Positions 19,642 through 29,061 are shown, counted from the stretch's first letter. The stretch is DNA of 64,000 nucleotides from an uncultured delta proteobacterium (GCA_963752565.1 CAVVZC010000021.1:64934-128933), one strand, 5' to 3'. Numbers and translations are program-made. The notes: a model not told the origin generated them from the sequence alone.

Positions 19642-21225
19642 TTAATTATGATTTGTTAACCGGATTTCAACTTTGTCTTTCAGATAATCTTTTACAGCCG
19701 CTATGGGCACTTCTTTTCTGTGAAAGATTCCGGCTGCTAATGCGGATTCTGCTTTTGTTATTGTAAACACATCATAAAAATGCTCTACACATCCAGCACC
19801 GCTGGATGCAATGACCGGGATGGTTACGGCGTTTTTGACCGCATTGACAAGCTCAATATCATAACCCGAATTCGTACCGTCTTTATCGATACAGTTTAAC
19901 AGTATTTCTCCGGCTCCCAGCTTTTCACATACCTGTGCAAGGGTTACGGCATCCAGATCTCTGCCCTCCCTACCGCCATTGATGGTACACTGATACCAGC
20001 AATACCCTTCTCCATTGGGCCCCTTGATATCTGTTTCAATCACATGATGGCCGACGTTATTCGGTGACGATAGATAGACTCTTCGGGGGTCGATGGATAC
20101 AACAACGGCCTGGGCACCATAGACTTCGGATATTTGTTCGATGGAACTTTTGCCGGTTATTTTGCCTGTCTTTACATATTCTTCAGCAATTAAGACCGCA
20201 TCACTTCCAATGGAAATTTTATCTGCACCTGACCGAAAATAGGCTGAAGCAACCTCCAGAGCGGTATATGTCCTTCCCTTTAGATCGTTATAATCTCGAA
20301 TACCACCACCGATGGTTAATGGGACAAAGACGTGTTCGGACGTCCGTTTTAATACCGATAACATGGGGATGTCTTCCAAAGGGAAATCCCTGAACCCTGT
20401 AATGTTCAGAAAAGTAATCTCATCGGCCCCTTCTTTGTAATACCTTTCGGCAAGTTCAACCGGATTACCGAGGTTTCTGACATCGCTGTTTTCTCTGACA
20501 TCGTATTGATCACCCTTTGTCACCACCAGATCTCCCTGGTCGTTGGATCGGACATCCAAGCAGGCGATGATCCTTTTGGCCAGCCGGGTTTCACGGGAAA
20601 CATAACTCAATGCTATTTGTTCACGGGGAGATTGGATAAAATTTTTTAGCAGTTTTATCCCTGCATTTCCACTCTTTTCCGGGTGGTACTGTGTTGCCGT
20701 GATGTTTTCTATTTGAATACTGCTTACAAACTCTAGACCATAGTTGGTTGTGGTCAAAACAACAGGGTCGTCTTCGGGTTCAACGTAGAATGAATGCACA
20801 AAATAAAACTTTTCATCACCCCGCAGCCCGTTGAAGATCTGGCTCGGTTTTTTTATGTTAACGCCATTCCATCCAATATGTGGAACTGAAAGATCGATGT
20901 CGAATTTTTTTACCCGTCCTGAAAAAAAGCCCAAACCGCTTGTATCCGGAGCTTCTTCACTTTTTTCAAACAGAGCATGCAATCCCAAACATATGCCAAA
21001 GAACGGCCTGCCGGAGCGCAGGTAATCTTTTAATGGATTCACATATTGTTTTTGATACAGGATCCGCATCATACTGCCGAAATTACCGACACCAGGGAAA
21101 ACCAATTTTTCAGCGGACAAAATATCATCCACATCAGAGACAACTTTAACGTTGTCCCCAATACTTTCAATGGCATTGATGACGCTTCGAACATTGCCCG
21201 CGCCGTAATCTAATAGTGTAATCAT
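19642..21225 (-). CDS. hisHF: fused imidazole glycerol phosphate synthase (HisH glutaminase + HisF cyclase in one polypeptide, HIS7-like)
   Basis: 527 aa. The N-terminal class-I amidotransferase region has GICLGLHAL and HSF...ATQYHPEKS. The C-terminal HisF barrel has RIIACLDVRSNDQGDLVVTKGDQYDVRE, FVPLTIGGGIRD and LLNCIDKDGTNSGYD, which closely resembles the fungal/plant fused enzyme as I remember it. Confidence 0.85.
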   Translation of the reverse strand: MITLLDYGAGNVRSVINAIESIGDNVKVVSDVDDILSAEKLVFPGVGNFGSMMRILYQKQYVNPLKDYLRSGRPFFGICLGLHALFEKSEEAPDTSGLGFFSGRVKKFDIDLSVPHIGWNGVNIKKPSQIFNGLRGDEKFYFVHSFYVEPEDDPVVLTTTNYGLEFVSSIQIENITATQYHPEKSGNAGIKLLKNFIQSPREQIALSYVSRETRLAKRIIACLDVRSNDQGDLVVTKGDQYDVRENSDVRNLGNPVELAERYYKEGADEITFLNITGFRDFPLEDIPMLSVLKRTSEHVFVPLTIGGGIRDYNDLKGRTYTALEVASAYFRSGADKISIGSDAVLIAEEYVKTGKITGKSSIEQISEVYGAQAVVVSIDPRRVYLSSPNNVGHHVIETDIKGPNGEGYCWYQCTINGGREGRDLDAVTLAQVCEKLGAGEILLNCIDKDGTNSGYDIELVNAVKNAVTIPVIASSGAGCVEHFYDVFTITKAESALAAGIFHRKEVPIAAVKDYLKDKVEIRLTNHN

Positions 21226-21236
21226 GGGAAATTCCT

Positions 21237-21446
21237 ACCTAAGCTGAGCGTTTCAAATTTTTGAAATGGGTAATTTAACAATATTTTTAAGGTATTCTGA
21301 CATTTTGAATTTCAATAATTTGAAACCCTTTGGGATTTCCAATTTCACCGCATTTACTGCGTCAGATGCCGTTCCGCATAGACGACTATAGCGAAACAAC
21401 ATCTTCCTTGTATCTGCGACAAACTTGAAAATCGCTCAACTTAGGT
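21237..21446 (-). promoter_or_regulatory. 5' leader of hisHF bounded by a roughly 20-bp imperfect inverted repeat (alternatively a MITE-like insert)
   Basis: The plus strand has ACCTAAGCTGAGCGTTTCAA (21237-21256) and TTGAAAATCGCTCAACTTAGGT (21425-21446). The proximal arm abuts and overlaps the SD-like AGGTAGGA before the start codon at 21225. Confidence 0.3.
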
Positions 21447-21944
21447 CTTATATTTTTTTTGGATTCGGTCACAAAATCTATTCTGCTTTAACTTAAAATA
21501 ACTGTGGCCAATGATCAAGCATCATTTTAACCTCTTTCGCTCGATTGAGGTTTAAAACATCACGTGCATCAATTCAGTCCTTTAAAAAAATTGGCGCACT
21601 TAAAGCTTACTTTAACAAATAATCTATTATTGCAAAAATAATTCCAATTGATGACCCAAAAAATGTGTCTTGAAGAATCATTAAATGAAATCATATTAAC
21701 AGATTATAGGACCTCAGAGCCTCCATTATTGACATTTTTCCTTAAGTGAGCATTTTATTACTACATGGTGGTATTTTCTGTTGGGTTCAATTGTGCCTTT
21801 TTAATTCGGTTTCAGATATTTTTTCAAAATACAACTGCTCATAGGAGGGGAAAAACGTTTTCTTTACGTCGTATTTAAGGATAAGATTGTTGAAAACCGG
21901 ATTAGGGATTTAAATGAATATATTTATCATTATAGGTACTTAAA

Positions 21945-23249
21945 ATGTACTCAAAAATAAAAACATCCAGCCATCAACGGGTTGAATTAAATGAAGAGAT
22001 ATTAAAAAAAATTCTTAAAAGAATTTCCAGTGGCAGGGTATCAAAGGTGGCTGATGATATCGGTCTGCCATACGATTTGGTATATAATCTGGTGCACGGA
22101 AGGATTAACTCTCTTTCAGCAGAGAATTATAAATTGATTTTTGGTGAAGAGCCGCCGAAACAGGCTGTAAAAAGAGTTAATGGCAAATATTTTAGAGAAA
22201 TGGTCCAGTTGTGGTTGTTTTTGAATGGCGATGTGTCAGAAGCGGATCTTTACAGGGAATTCTACCGAGATAAAAAAGTTAAGAAGGTCGACTATAGAAT
22301 TTTCAGTGAGGTGACCCAGACCGTTGAGAAAAAAATAGAACACGCCATGGAACAAAAATTTATCGATCAGGGATTTGACGGGTTTGACATAATAGAACTG
22401 ATAAGAGAACTTTATTTAATTGAGAAACAAGAGCGCGTCCTTTATAAAGATATAAAGCCGATTTTAAAATTTTTAGCAGAGACTTTGAAAATAAATCCGA
22501 CACGCATATTAAATCAGTGGTTTGTTCGCTATGAAGACGGTGAATTAAAAACGGTAAGTAAAAAGGTATGTGATAATGCGCTGGAACTTAAAAAAAGAAC
22601 AGAGAGTGCCCTGCGTTCAGGTTCAAAATACGAGGTTGAAAAAATCCGGGAAGAAATCTATGGGAAAAAAACGGGGTATACATTGTTTTCCGAGATTGAA
22701 GAGGAACTGGAATTTTTAAGAAAAATTGGAGGGAAAAACCCCAGACAATATTTGGGAAGAAGTGTCAGTCATTATAAAAAATCAAGACTTAAAAGAATCG
22801 CTTCCTGGAGGGCTTTGAAAATTAAAGACGCGTGTTTTGACCTCATTGATGATCATCCCGAACTCGCTCTTAAATCTCTTCCAAATTATCATCGAAGAGC
22901 AAAGCTAAAAAAACTGATGACGGTTTTAAAATCGTATTCCATTTCGAAGGTAATAAAAAACGATGAGGACATAGAAAGATCTATTTTAATGCCCGCATAT
23001 GATCATGAACAATACAATACGGATGAGTATGGATTGATAAGTCTAAATAAAGCAGGATATTTTTTGGGGATGAGTAAAACCGCCTTCGACTTGTTGGTTT
23101 CAGAACATCTTGATGTATTCAGAAGAATTGGGACATATAATAAAGAATGGTACCTACCATATCTATATCTAAAAAAAATCAAAGAAAAAAATGGATTTGA
23201 TATCGTAAAAGCGAAATATGAAATGCTGGCAAAAAAATATAAAACCTGA
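21945..23249 (+). CDS. hypothetical Lys-rich protein with HTH-like segments at both ends
   Basis: 434-aa long ORF in an AT-rich region. HTH-like stretches VSKVADDIGLPYDLVYNLVHGR and LNKAGYFLGMSKTAFDLLVSE. No family recognised and no obvious SD. Confidence 0.55.
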   Translation: MYSKIKTSSHQRVELNEEILKKILKRISSGRVSKVADDIGLPYDLVYNLVHGRINSLSAENYKLIFGEEPPKQAVKRVNGKYFREMVQLWLFLNGDVSEADLYREFYRDKKVKKVDYRIFSEVTQTVEKKIEHAMEQKFIDQGFDGFDIIELIRELYLIEKQERVLYKDIKPILKFLAETLKINPTRILNQWFVRYEDGELKTVSKKVCDNALELKKRTESALRSGSKYEVEKIREEIYGKKTGYTLFSEIEEELEFLRKIGGKNPRQYLGRSVSHYKKSRLKRIASWRALKIKDACFDLIDDHPELALKSLPNYHRRAKLKKLMTVLKSYSISKVIKNDEDIERSILMPAYDHEQYNTDEYGLISLNKAGYFLGMSKTAFDLLVSEHLDVFRRIGTYNKEWYLPYLYLKKIKEKNGFDIVKAKYEMLAKKYKT

Positions 23250-23277
23250 ATTTTAAAAGCGTCGGGTTTGCCTTTTA

Positions 23278-23320
23278 TGCAAGTTGAGTTTGCGAATTCC
23301 CGCTTGCGGGGGCGCAGGGC
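23278..23320. repeat. 43-nt double-hairpin repeat, copy 1 (TGCAAGTTGAGTTTGCGAATTCCCGCTTGCGGGGGCGCAGGGC)
   Basis: Matches 43844-43886 at 41 of 43 positions by hand alignment. Contains the GCAA(G)-loop-(T)TTGC and CCCGC-TT-GCGGG hairpins. Starts about 30 nt after the stop of the 434-aa ORF. Confidence 0.8.
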
Positions 23321-23422
23321 ATACAGCCTTGCTATATAAAGCGGAATAAACTTCCGTATACTACCGAAGCTGCCATGCAATCCTTTGATTATAACTGAAA
23401 CACCAGACAATCACAACTTTGC

Positions 23423-23710
23423 TTAAGCCGAACCTTCAACCATTTCCATAAACTTCTGCTGCATTTTTTGGGCAACCTGTATTCGATCATGTCCTTCACC
23501 CAGCCGTTGTCCCAGAAGTTTTCCTGCATCCACCGCAGCCTTCATCACTTCCGGTTGTTTGGTTACGTTGGGAATCATTTCCTCTGTGATCTTTACGCCG
23601 ACTCCGTAAAGCATATGGGGAACACCCACCTTTATGAGTCGGAGGCTTTCATATGCCCCGATAGCGGGATTTCCACTTCGCTCCAACAAGGCACTCAAGG
23701 GCGAAGCCAT
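23423..23710 (-). CDS. hypothetical protein, possibly a gene remnant; the N-terminal 17 codons are repeat-derived
   Basis: 95-aa ORF. Residues ALLERSGNPAIG are translated from the GTTGGAGCGAAG-type repeat at 23656-23690. The internal Met at 23614 would give 63 aa. Confidence 0.3.
   Translation of the reverse strand: MASPLSALLERSGNPAIGAYESLRLIKVGVPHMLYGVGVKITEEMIPNVTKQPEVMKAAVDAGKLLGQRLGEGHDRIQVAQKMQQKFMEMVEGSA
23656..23690 (-). repeat. copy of the GTTGGAGCGAAG(C/T)GGAAATCCCG... hairpin repeat (inverted orientation)
   Basis: The reverse complement reads GTTGGAGCGAAGTGGAAATCCCGCTATCGGGG. Compare the copies at 52741-52800 and 55676-56190. Confidence 0.7.
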
Positions 23711-24255
23711 CCCGCCAAGGCGGGATTACGAGTCCTTAATAACAAAATAGATGGAAGCGCCAGGCTCGCCCTTTGGAGTGAACATTGATGAGAAACAAAG
23801 AAAATGCCCCGATTTACCATTTGGGTAAAATGTATGATGATAGGATGTTGTTTAAACCCGCTTCAATTAAGGATGTTAAAGACTCTCATCAATTTTCATG
23901 CAAGATTCAGGGAGAATATGTCAGAAACACATGCTGCTGTCAAATGTGCTGTCAAAAATATGTTATGCACGTTAATTTAATATTCAATAAAAACAAGCAA
24001 TTGAATCTCAAAAAAAGAACTTGAATTATAGTTATTTTTTACATCACCCAAAAAACATTAATAACATGATATTTGACTTTTGAGGCCGATATTAATGATA
24101 AAATCGGCCCTGTTTTTTCCATTGATGGTAGGTTTTAACTGTTATGGATTGATATTTATTATCGTATTGACCATTGGATTTTCACGCTTATATTTAAGAT
24201 GAAGAAAAAAATAAGCATCAAAAGCCCTTGCGCTTAAAAAAACTTACGGGCTGAA

Positions 24256-24642
24256 ATGGAGATTGATATGGATTTAAAAGAATACTTTGAAAATACAAAG
24301 GGTCTTGGCGTGATGGCCACTGCTGACTCAGACGGCCGAGTCAATGCGGCGGTTTACGCGAGACCCCACATTATGGAAGATGGATTGCTGGCATTTATCA
24401 TGCGGGATCGAACTACCCACGACAACACCCAGGCCAATCCCCGTGCAACGTTTCTCTTTAAAGAAGAAGGTCCCGGATACAAGGGAAAGCGTCTGTATTT
24501 GACCAAAGTCAGAGAGGAACAAGACGCTGAACTCATTAAACACCTTAGTCGAAGAAATTATCCGTCGGATAAAAACAGCAAAGAAGCAAAGTTTCTGGTC
24601 TATTTTAAAGTGGAGAAAGAGCGCCCTTTGATCGGTGATTGA
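24256..24642 (+). CDS. pyridoxamine 5'-phosphate oxidase-like (FMN-binding split-barrel) family protein
   Basis: 128 aa. GVMATADSDGRVNAAVYARP and RATFLF pattern typical of the small PNPOx-like fold. Alternative start at 24268. Confidence 0.55.
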   Translation: MEIDMDLKEYFENTKGLGVMATADSDGRVNAAVYARPHIMEDGLLAFIMRDRTTHDNTQANPRATFLFKEEGPGYKGKRLYLTKVREEQDAELIKHLSRRNYPSDKNSKEAKFLVYFKVEKERPLIGD

Positions 24643-24727
24643 AGTATCAGCCAAAATAGATCATATGTGGCAGAGTCAAAACCGGTTATCAGACGCAGCC
24701 GCATAAAAACCCGTTGTTGAAATTTCG

Positions 24728-25699
24728 TTATATGTGTGATTGTTTTTTTAAGGCAGCATAAATTGCTTCGTAAGTGGGCGCGGATAAACCATGCTTCCCG
24801 GCTTCACGGACGATATATCCGGTGAAGGTCTCTATTTCCGTCTTGTTGCCTTTTTCAAAATCCATCTGCATTGAGGTTTTGATTTCAGGGGGGAAGGTAC
24901 TGACTTTCGCGATGATTTCTTTTCTGATATTTTTCGGAAGTTCAATCCGTTTTGCGTCGCAGACACGAAATACTTCTGTAAGAAGATCATCCAAGAGCTC
25001 TTTTCCTTTTTTACTATCGATAACGCTGCGCATTGTCTTATCCAGAAAAGTGGTTGCAGTAGCAAATGCAGAGATGAGAACGTACTTTTCCCAGACAATT
25101 TTATTAATATTTGTTCTGTATTGTGCATCGATATTTGCTTCTTTTAAAATATTTTCTATATTTTTTGCTTTTATTTTATCATCGGATTCATTTCCGAAGA
25201 TCAGTTTGTTTAGCGAACCTGCTTGTTGAACCACACCCGGGCGGACGATGTGAGCGCCGATATATACACATCCGTTAAATATTTTTCCTTTATTCAAAAC
25301 AGCACTCAACCGGTCGGCATTGTCGACGCCGTTGAGCAAAGAGATCACAACGGTATTCTCATCAATGAAAGGCGAAAGCAGTTTAGCGCTTTCTTCGAGA
25401 TCATATGCTTTCACACAAAAAATGACACAATCAAAAATTCCGCAGCCGGATGGATTGTCGGTGGCCAATTCGGGCCAGACGGTAAACGTCCCTAATTCCG
25501 TAATAAGGTTCAACCCATTTTTCTTTATTTGTTCGAGATGATCTCCCCGGGCGATGAATACAATCTCAACATCCTCATCATCAAAATACCGTTTTGCCAA
25601 CAGTCCGCCATAGTATCCACCCACACCACCGATTCCTACGATTGCTGTTTTCATTTGTTGTTTCTCCGATACATATTTAACGGTTCCTTTCTTCTTCAA
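24728..25699 (-). CDS. 2-dehydropantoate 2-reductase family (ApbA/PanE-like) oxidoreductase
   Basis: Rossmann N-terminus MKTAIVGIGGVGGYYG (likely true start at 25654). C-terminal KTSMQMDFEKGNKTEIETFTGYIV resembles the ketopantoate reductase signature. Confidence 0.7.
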   Translation of the reverse strand: MKKKGTVKYVSEKQQMKTAIVGIGGVGGYYGGLLAKRYFDDEDVEIVFIARGDHLEQIKKNGLNLITELGTFTVWPELATDNPSGCGIFDCVIFCVKAYDLEESAKLLSPFIDENTVVISLLNGVDNADRLSAVLNKGKIFNGCVYIGAHIVRPGVVQQAGSLNKLIFGNESDDKIKAKNIENILKEANIDAQYRTNINKIVWEKYVLISAFATATTFLDKTMRSVIDSKKGKELLDDLLTEVFRVCDAKRIELPKNIRKEIIAKVSTFPPEIKTSMQMDFEKGNKTEIETFTGYIVREAGKHGLSAPTYEAIYAALKKQSHI

Positions 25700-26255
25700 A
25701 GAGCTTCAGGTTCGTCTTGAGCATGGTTCCTTGCATCAGATCCTTTATGGCTTCTTTGTAGTGATCTATTTTAATACCGGGAATGAGGTTGTATCGGTCG
25801 ATGTTGGCCAGCACGACCATATTCTGCATGCGGGCGTCTTTGAGATCGGCTTTGAATACGGATATTTCTCTGATGTTTCGTTTCCGGCATGTGTGGCGGA
25901 TCATTTCCTTGGTGACCGGATCGGCAGAGTCAATTCGGATTTCAAGGGGCTGCCATGCGGTGTCATAATAGATCAGGGTGCCTTTATCCTTTAAAGCCGA
26001 ATTCATGGCCCGAAGTGCCTCATGACGCTCAAGGGCCACCACCAGATCGGCCTGGTTCTGGAAAATTAGAGGAGAGAAGACATTTTCGCCAAACCTCAAA
26101 TGTGAAATCACAATGCCGCCTCTTTGGGCCAGGCCATGTGTATCCACAGCTTTTACCTTAAGCTTGGCATGATCCGCACTCCTTAAAAGGGTTTCGCTTA
26201 AAAGGCCGATTCCCTGCCCGCCGACGCCGATGATATATATATTGAATGACTTCAT
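25677..26255 (-). CDS. iorB: indolepyruvate/2-oxoacid:ferredoxin oxidoreductase beta subunit (IorB family)
   Basis: 192 aa. IIGVGGQGIGLLSETL and THGLAQRGG motifs. Downstream of iorA on the same strand. Confidence 0.75.
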   Translation of the reverse strand: MKSFNIYIIGVGGQGIGLLSETLLRSADHAKLKVKAVDTHGLAQRGGIVISHLRFGENVFSPLIFQNQADLVVALERHEALRAMNSALKDKGTLIYYDTAWQPLEIRIDSADPVTKEMIRHTCRKRNIREISVFKADLKDARMQNMVVLANIDRYNLIPGIKIDHYKEAIKDLMQGTMLKTNLKLFEEERNR

Positions 26256-26327
26256 GAATCACCTTGATTGTTTTGATGTTAAACGACAAAATTGACCATA
26301 CAATTTTGTTAAATATTTGGGACAAGG

Positions 26328-28205
26328 TTATACTATCTTGGGCATTGAAATCGCCTCGGACGGGCACGTCTGGACACAGGACCCGTCACCGATACAAAGA
26401 TCCGGGTTGATTTCGATGCGTCCGTCCTCCATTTGCGTAAATGTGGGACAGCCGAATTCCCGGATGCATTCATATAAACGTTGGCATTTCTGCTGATCAA
26501 TGTCGACCCTCCTTGGCTGATATCCGGGCTTGCGACGCTGTTCTCTGGTGAATTTGAGCATGCACGGATGTCGGGCGATAATCGCACTGAATTCATTGAT
26601 GTTAACGGCGTCCTTGACCATCTCGGTCAGTTTGGCCTGTTGGTATGTATCGATTTCATAAATGTGTTTGACACCAAGGCCTTCCAGAACCTGTCGCAGC
26701 GGAATTTTATCCGTCAGTTCATTAAAGTTTTGACCCGAAGCCGCGTGATCCTGGTGTCCGGTCATGGCGGTGGTCCCGTTTTCCATCAGGATTAGGGTGA
26801 CGTTGTGATTGTTGAACAAGGCATTGATAATTCCAGGCAAACCGGCATGGAAAAAGGTTGAATCTCCCAAAAACACCACCACTTTACGGGTATTGTTAAA
26901 TAGTGACAATCCTGAACCCATGGCGGTTGAGGCCCCCATGCACATCATTAGTTCTCCCACCTGATACGGCGGGAGAAATCCAAGGGTATGACAGCCGATG
27001 TCTGCCACCGTAATATCGGTATCATTGAGAGCTTTTTTGATGGCGTGAAATGCACTTCGATGCCCGCATCCCGGACACATTTGGGGCGGACGTTTGGGAA
27101 CAGAAGGAAAAGCGTCTTTTGGTGCTTCCATGGCCGCAAGAAGATCGGGCCAGGTTTTTTTGAGAATTTCAAACACCTTGTCCGGTGTATATTCTCCGAC
27201 CCAGTCTTCAAGATCCATTTTTCCAAAAATTTTGGTGGATAACTGCCGGTCATAGGCCAGCTTTTTGATTTCTTTTTCGATGACGTTGTCAAGTTCCTCT
27301 ACGATTTTGACTTCGGTATGGGCCTTGAGAAAATCTTCGACCACTTTTAAAGGAAGCGGATAAACAATACCCAGTTTTAATATATCGGGTTTGTTGTCTG
27401 CATGTTCAAGGACATCCATGACGGATAAAAACGGCAGCCCCATGGTGATGACGCCACGGGCACTGTTTCCCTGATCAAAGATTTGATTTAAAGACGATTG
27501 GTTTGCATATTTTTCCACTGCTTCAAGGCGTTGCAATGCTTTTCGCTTCAATGGGAACACATCCTCAGCAATGGGAACATAGGGGCCGTTTTTGGTATCA
27601 AAGCGTGGGGTTTTGTCCAAGTCTTTTGGATGCCAGCCTTTAAAATCGATCTTCTCCTTGGCATGGCAGACATGGGTGGTCAGACGTAAAATAACCGGCA
27701 TACCCTTGTCTTTCGAAAGTTTTGCAGCGGCTTTATAGAATGTGTAGATCTCCGTCGGTGACGCCGGTTCAAAAACCGGTGTGTAACTCAAGCAGGCGTA
27801 ATGCCGGTTATCCTGTTCATTTTGTGACGAGTTGGCTCCCGGGTCATCTCCCAAAACGATGACCATTCCGCCGATGATGTTCATCAGACTCAGCTGCACG
27901 AACGTATCCGCCGCAACGTTGAGCCCAACGCTTTTAAAAAACACCGTGGACAGATGTCCGTTGACGGCAGCACCGTAGGCGACTTCAGTGGCCACCTTCT
28001 CATTGACCGAAAATTCAAAATAAAACGGTCGTTTTTCCTTTGGAATGGCCCGAATGGCTTCTGCGATTTCCGGGGTCGGTGAACCCGGATACGAGGTGAC
28101 CACAAGGGTATGTGATTCAATCATGGCCCGAACAAGGGCAGTATTTCCCATTACGATTTCCGAGAAAGGTGATTGTTTCAACAGTACTTCTCCAAGTATT
28201 TTCAT
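26328..28205 (-). CDS. iorA: indolepyruvate/2-oxoacid:ferredoxin oxidoreductase alpha subunit (IorA family, TPP + 2x[4Fe-4S])
   Basis: 625 aa. SYPGSPTPEI N-terminus, TPP-binding GDSTFFHAG, and C-terminal ferredoxin-type Cys motifs (CIGDGSCVQTCP). Confidence 0.8.
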   Translation of the reverse strand: MKILGEVLLKQSPFSEIVMGNTALVRAMIESHTLVVTSYPGSPTPEIAEAIRAIPKEKRPFYFEFSVNEKVATEVAYGAAVNGHLSTVFFKSVGLNVAADTFVQLSLMNIIGGMVIVLGDDPGANSSQNEQDNRHYACLSYTPVFEPASPTEIYTFYKAAAKLSKDKGMPVILRLTTHVCHAKEKIDFKGWHPKDLDKTPRFDTKNGPYVPIAEDVFPLKRKALQRLEAVEKYANQSSLNQIFDQGNSARGVITMGLPFLSVMDVLEHADNKPDILKLGIVYPLPLKVVEDFLKAHTEVKIVEELDNVIEKEIKKLAYDRQLSTKIFGKMDLEDWVGEYTPDKVFEILKKTWPDLLAAMEAPKDAFPSVPKRPPQMCPGCGHRSAFHAIKKALNDTDITVADIGCHTLGFLPPYQVGELMMCMGASTAMGSGLSLFNNTRKVVVFLGDSTFFHAGLPGIINALFNNHNVTLILMENGTTAMTGHQDHAASGQNFNELTDKIPLRQVLEGLGVKHIYEIDTYQQAKLTEMVKDAVNINEFSAIIARHPCMLKFTREQRRKPGYQPRRVDIDQQKCQRLYECIREFGCPTFTQMEDGRIEINPDLCIGDGSCVQTCPSEAISMPKIV

Positions 28206-28250
28206 GAGGCTGCTCCTTGTCTATTCAAGAATGACCCGAAAGCGTTCAGG

Positions 28251-28772
28251 TTATCTCAGTTCGATCGTTTCAAGGTATTCTTTAACTTGGCCGGTGGTTG
28301 AAAGGAACATTTTTGAGCCGGTCATAAATGTGGAGATATCGTCTTCATTCCCGCAGGTCCTGGCAAACTCCGGGCCGATGACGGTGGAAGGCTCCGGTGC
28401 CTCTGGTTTTTGGGTCATGGCATCCACATACATGTCGAGCCGTTCCTTTAAAATTTGAAAATAATCGATATCTTGACCGATCATAAGTTCGGTTGTTGTT
28501 GACAGATGCTGTGAAAATTCATAAATCGCCATCCAGAAAAGCTCTAAAAGCGGGTTCTTATGGGGATTGTTTTCCAGATAATACGATATACTCCACCCTA
28601 CACTGATAATCTTTAATATCTGAAGTTCGTATTCAACCGTGTTGCGCTTGATGTTTGCCTCTTTTGGGAGCCGTTCCATCAGCCATTTGATATCTTCCCG
28701 GTCAATGGCGAAATTGAACAGATCATCTCTTACTTTTTCAATTTCTGATTTTTTCTCTTCTGAATGTTCCAT
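28251..28772 (-). CDS. hypothetical protein
   Basis: 173-aa ORF tightly packed in the minus-strand operon upstream of iorA. No family recognised. Confidence 0.5.
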   Translation of the reverse strand: MEHSEEKKSEIEKVRDDLFNFAIDREDIKWLMERLPKEANIKRNTVEYELQILKIISVGWSISYYLENNPHKNPLLELFWMAIYEFSQHLSTTTELMIGQDIDYFQILKERLDMYVDAMTQKPEAPEPSTVIGPEFARTCGNEDDISTFMTGSKMFLSTTGQVKEYLETIELR

Positions 28773-28812
28773 GGATTACCTAACCTGGTTCTGGGTTGGC
28801 AAAGGATGTCAT

Positions 28813-29061
28813 CTACTCGATGGAAATGATGATTTTTCTGTTTTTTTTGTGTTCCTCGATCTCGGCAAGGGTTCCCAATGGTTCTTCGGTTTTTGAGATT
28901 TCAATGATTTGATCAAGGTCGATACCCAAATCGTCAAGAACCTTTACGGCTTTACGCGGCACCAATTTTGACGCCACCTTAATGACCGCAAGGGGAACCG
29001 TCATGGTTGTGTCTGGTGCTGTATCACTGTTTTTAAAAATCCTTATTTTCAGCTTTAGCAT
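28813..29061 (-). CDS. small hypothetical protein
   Basis: 82-aa ORF in operon context. Overlaps the GNAT gene end by 29 nt, so the internal Met (MTVPLAVIKV, start 29004) may be the true start. Confidence 0.4.
   Translation of the reverse strand: MLKLKIRIFKNSDTAPDTTMTVPLAVIKVASKLVPRKAVKVLDDLGIDLDQIIEISKTEEPLGTLAEIEEHKKNRKIIISIE

Noticed and set aside
23785-24024. 79-aa plus-strand ORF with a CCCQMCC cluster in the AT-rich gap
   Set aside because: It has no SD, its low-complexity Lys/Asn-rich tail is typical of AT-rich non-coding DNA, and I recognise no family.
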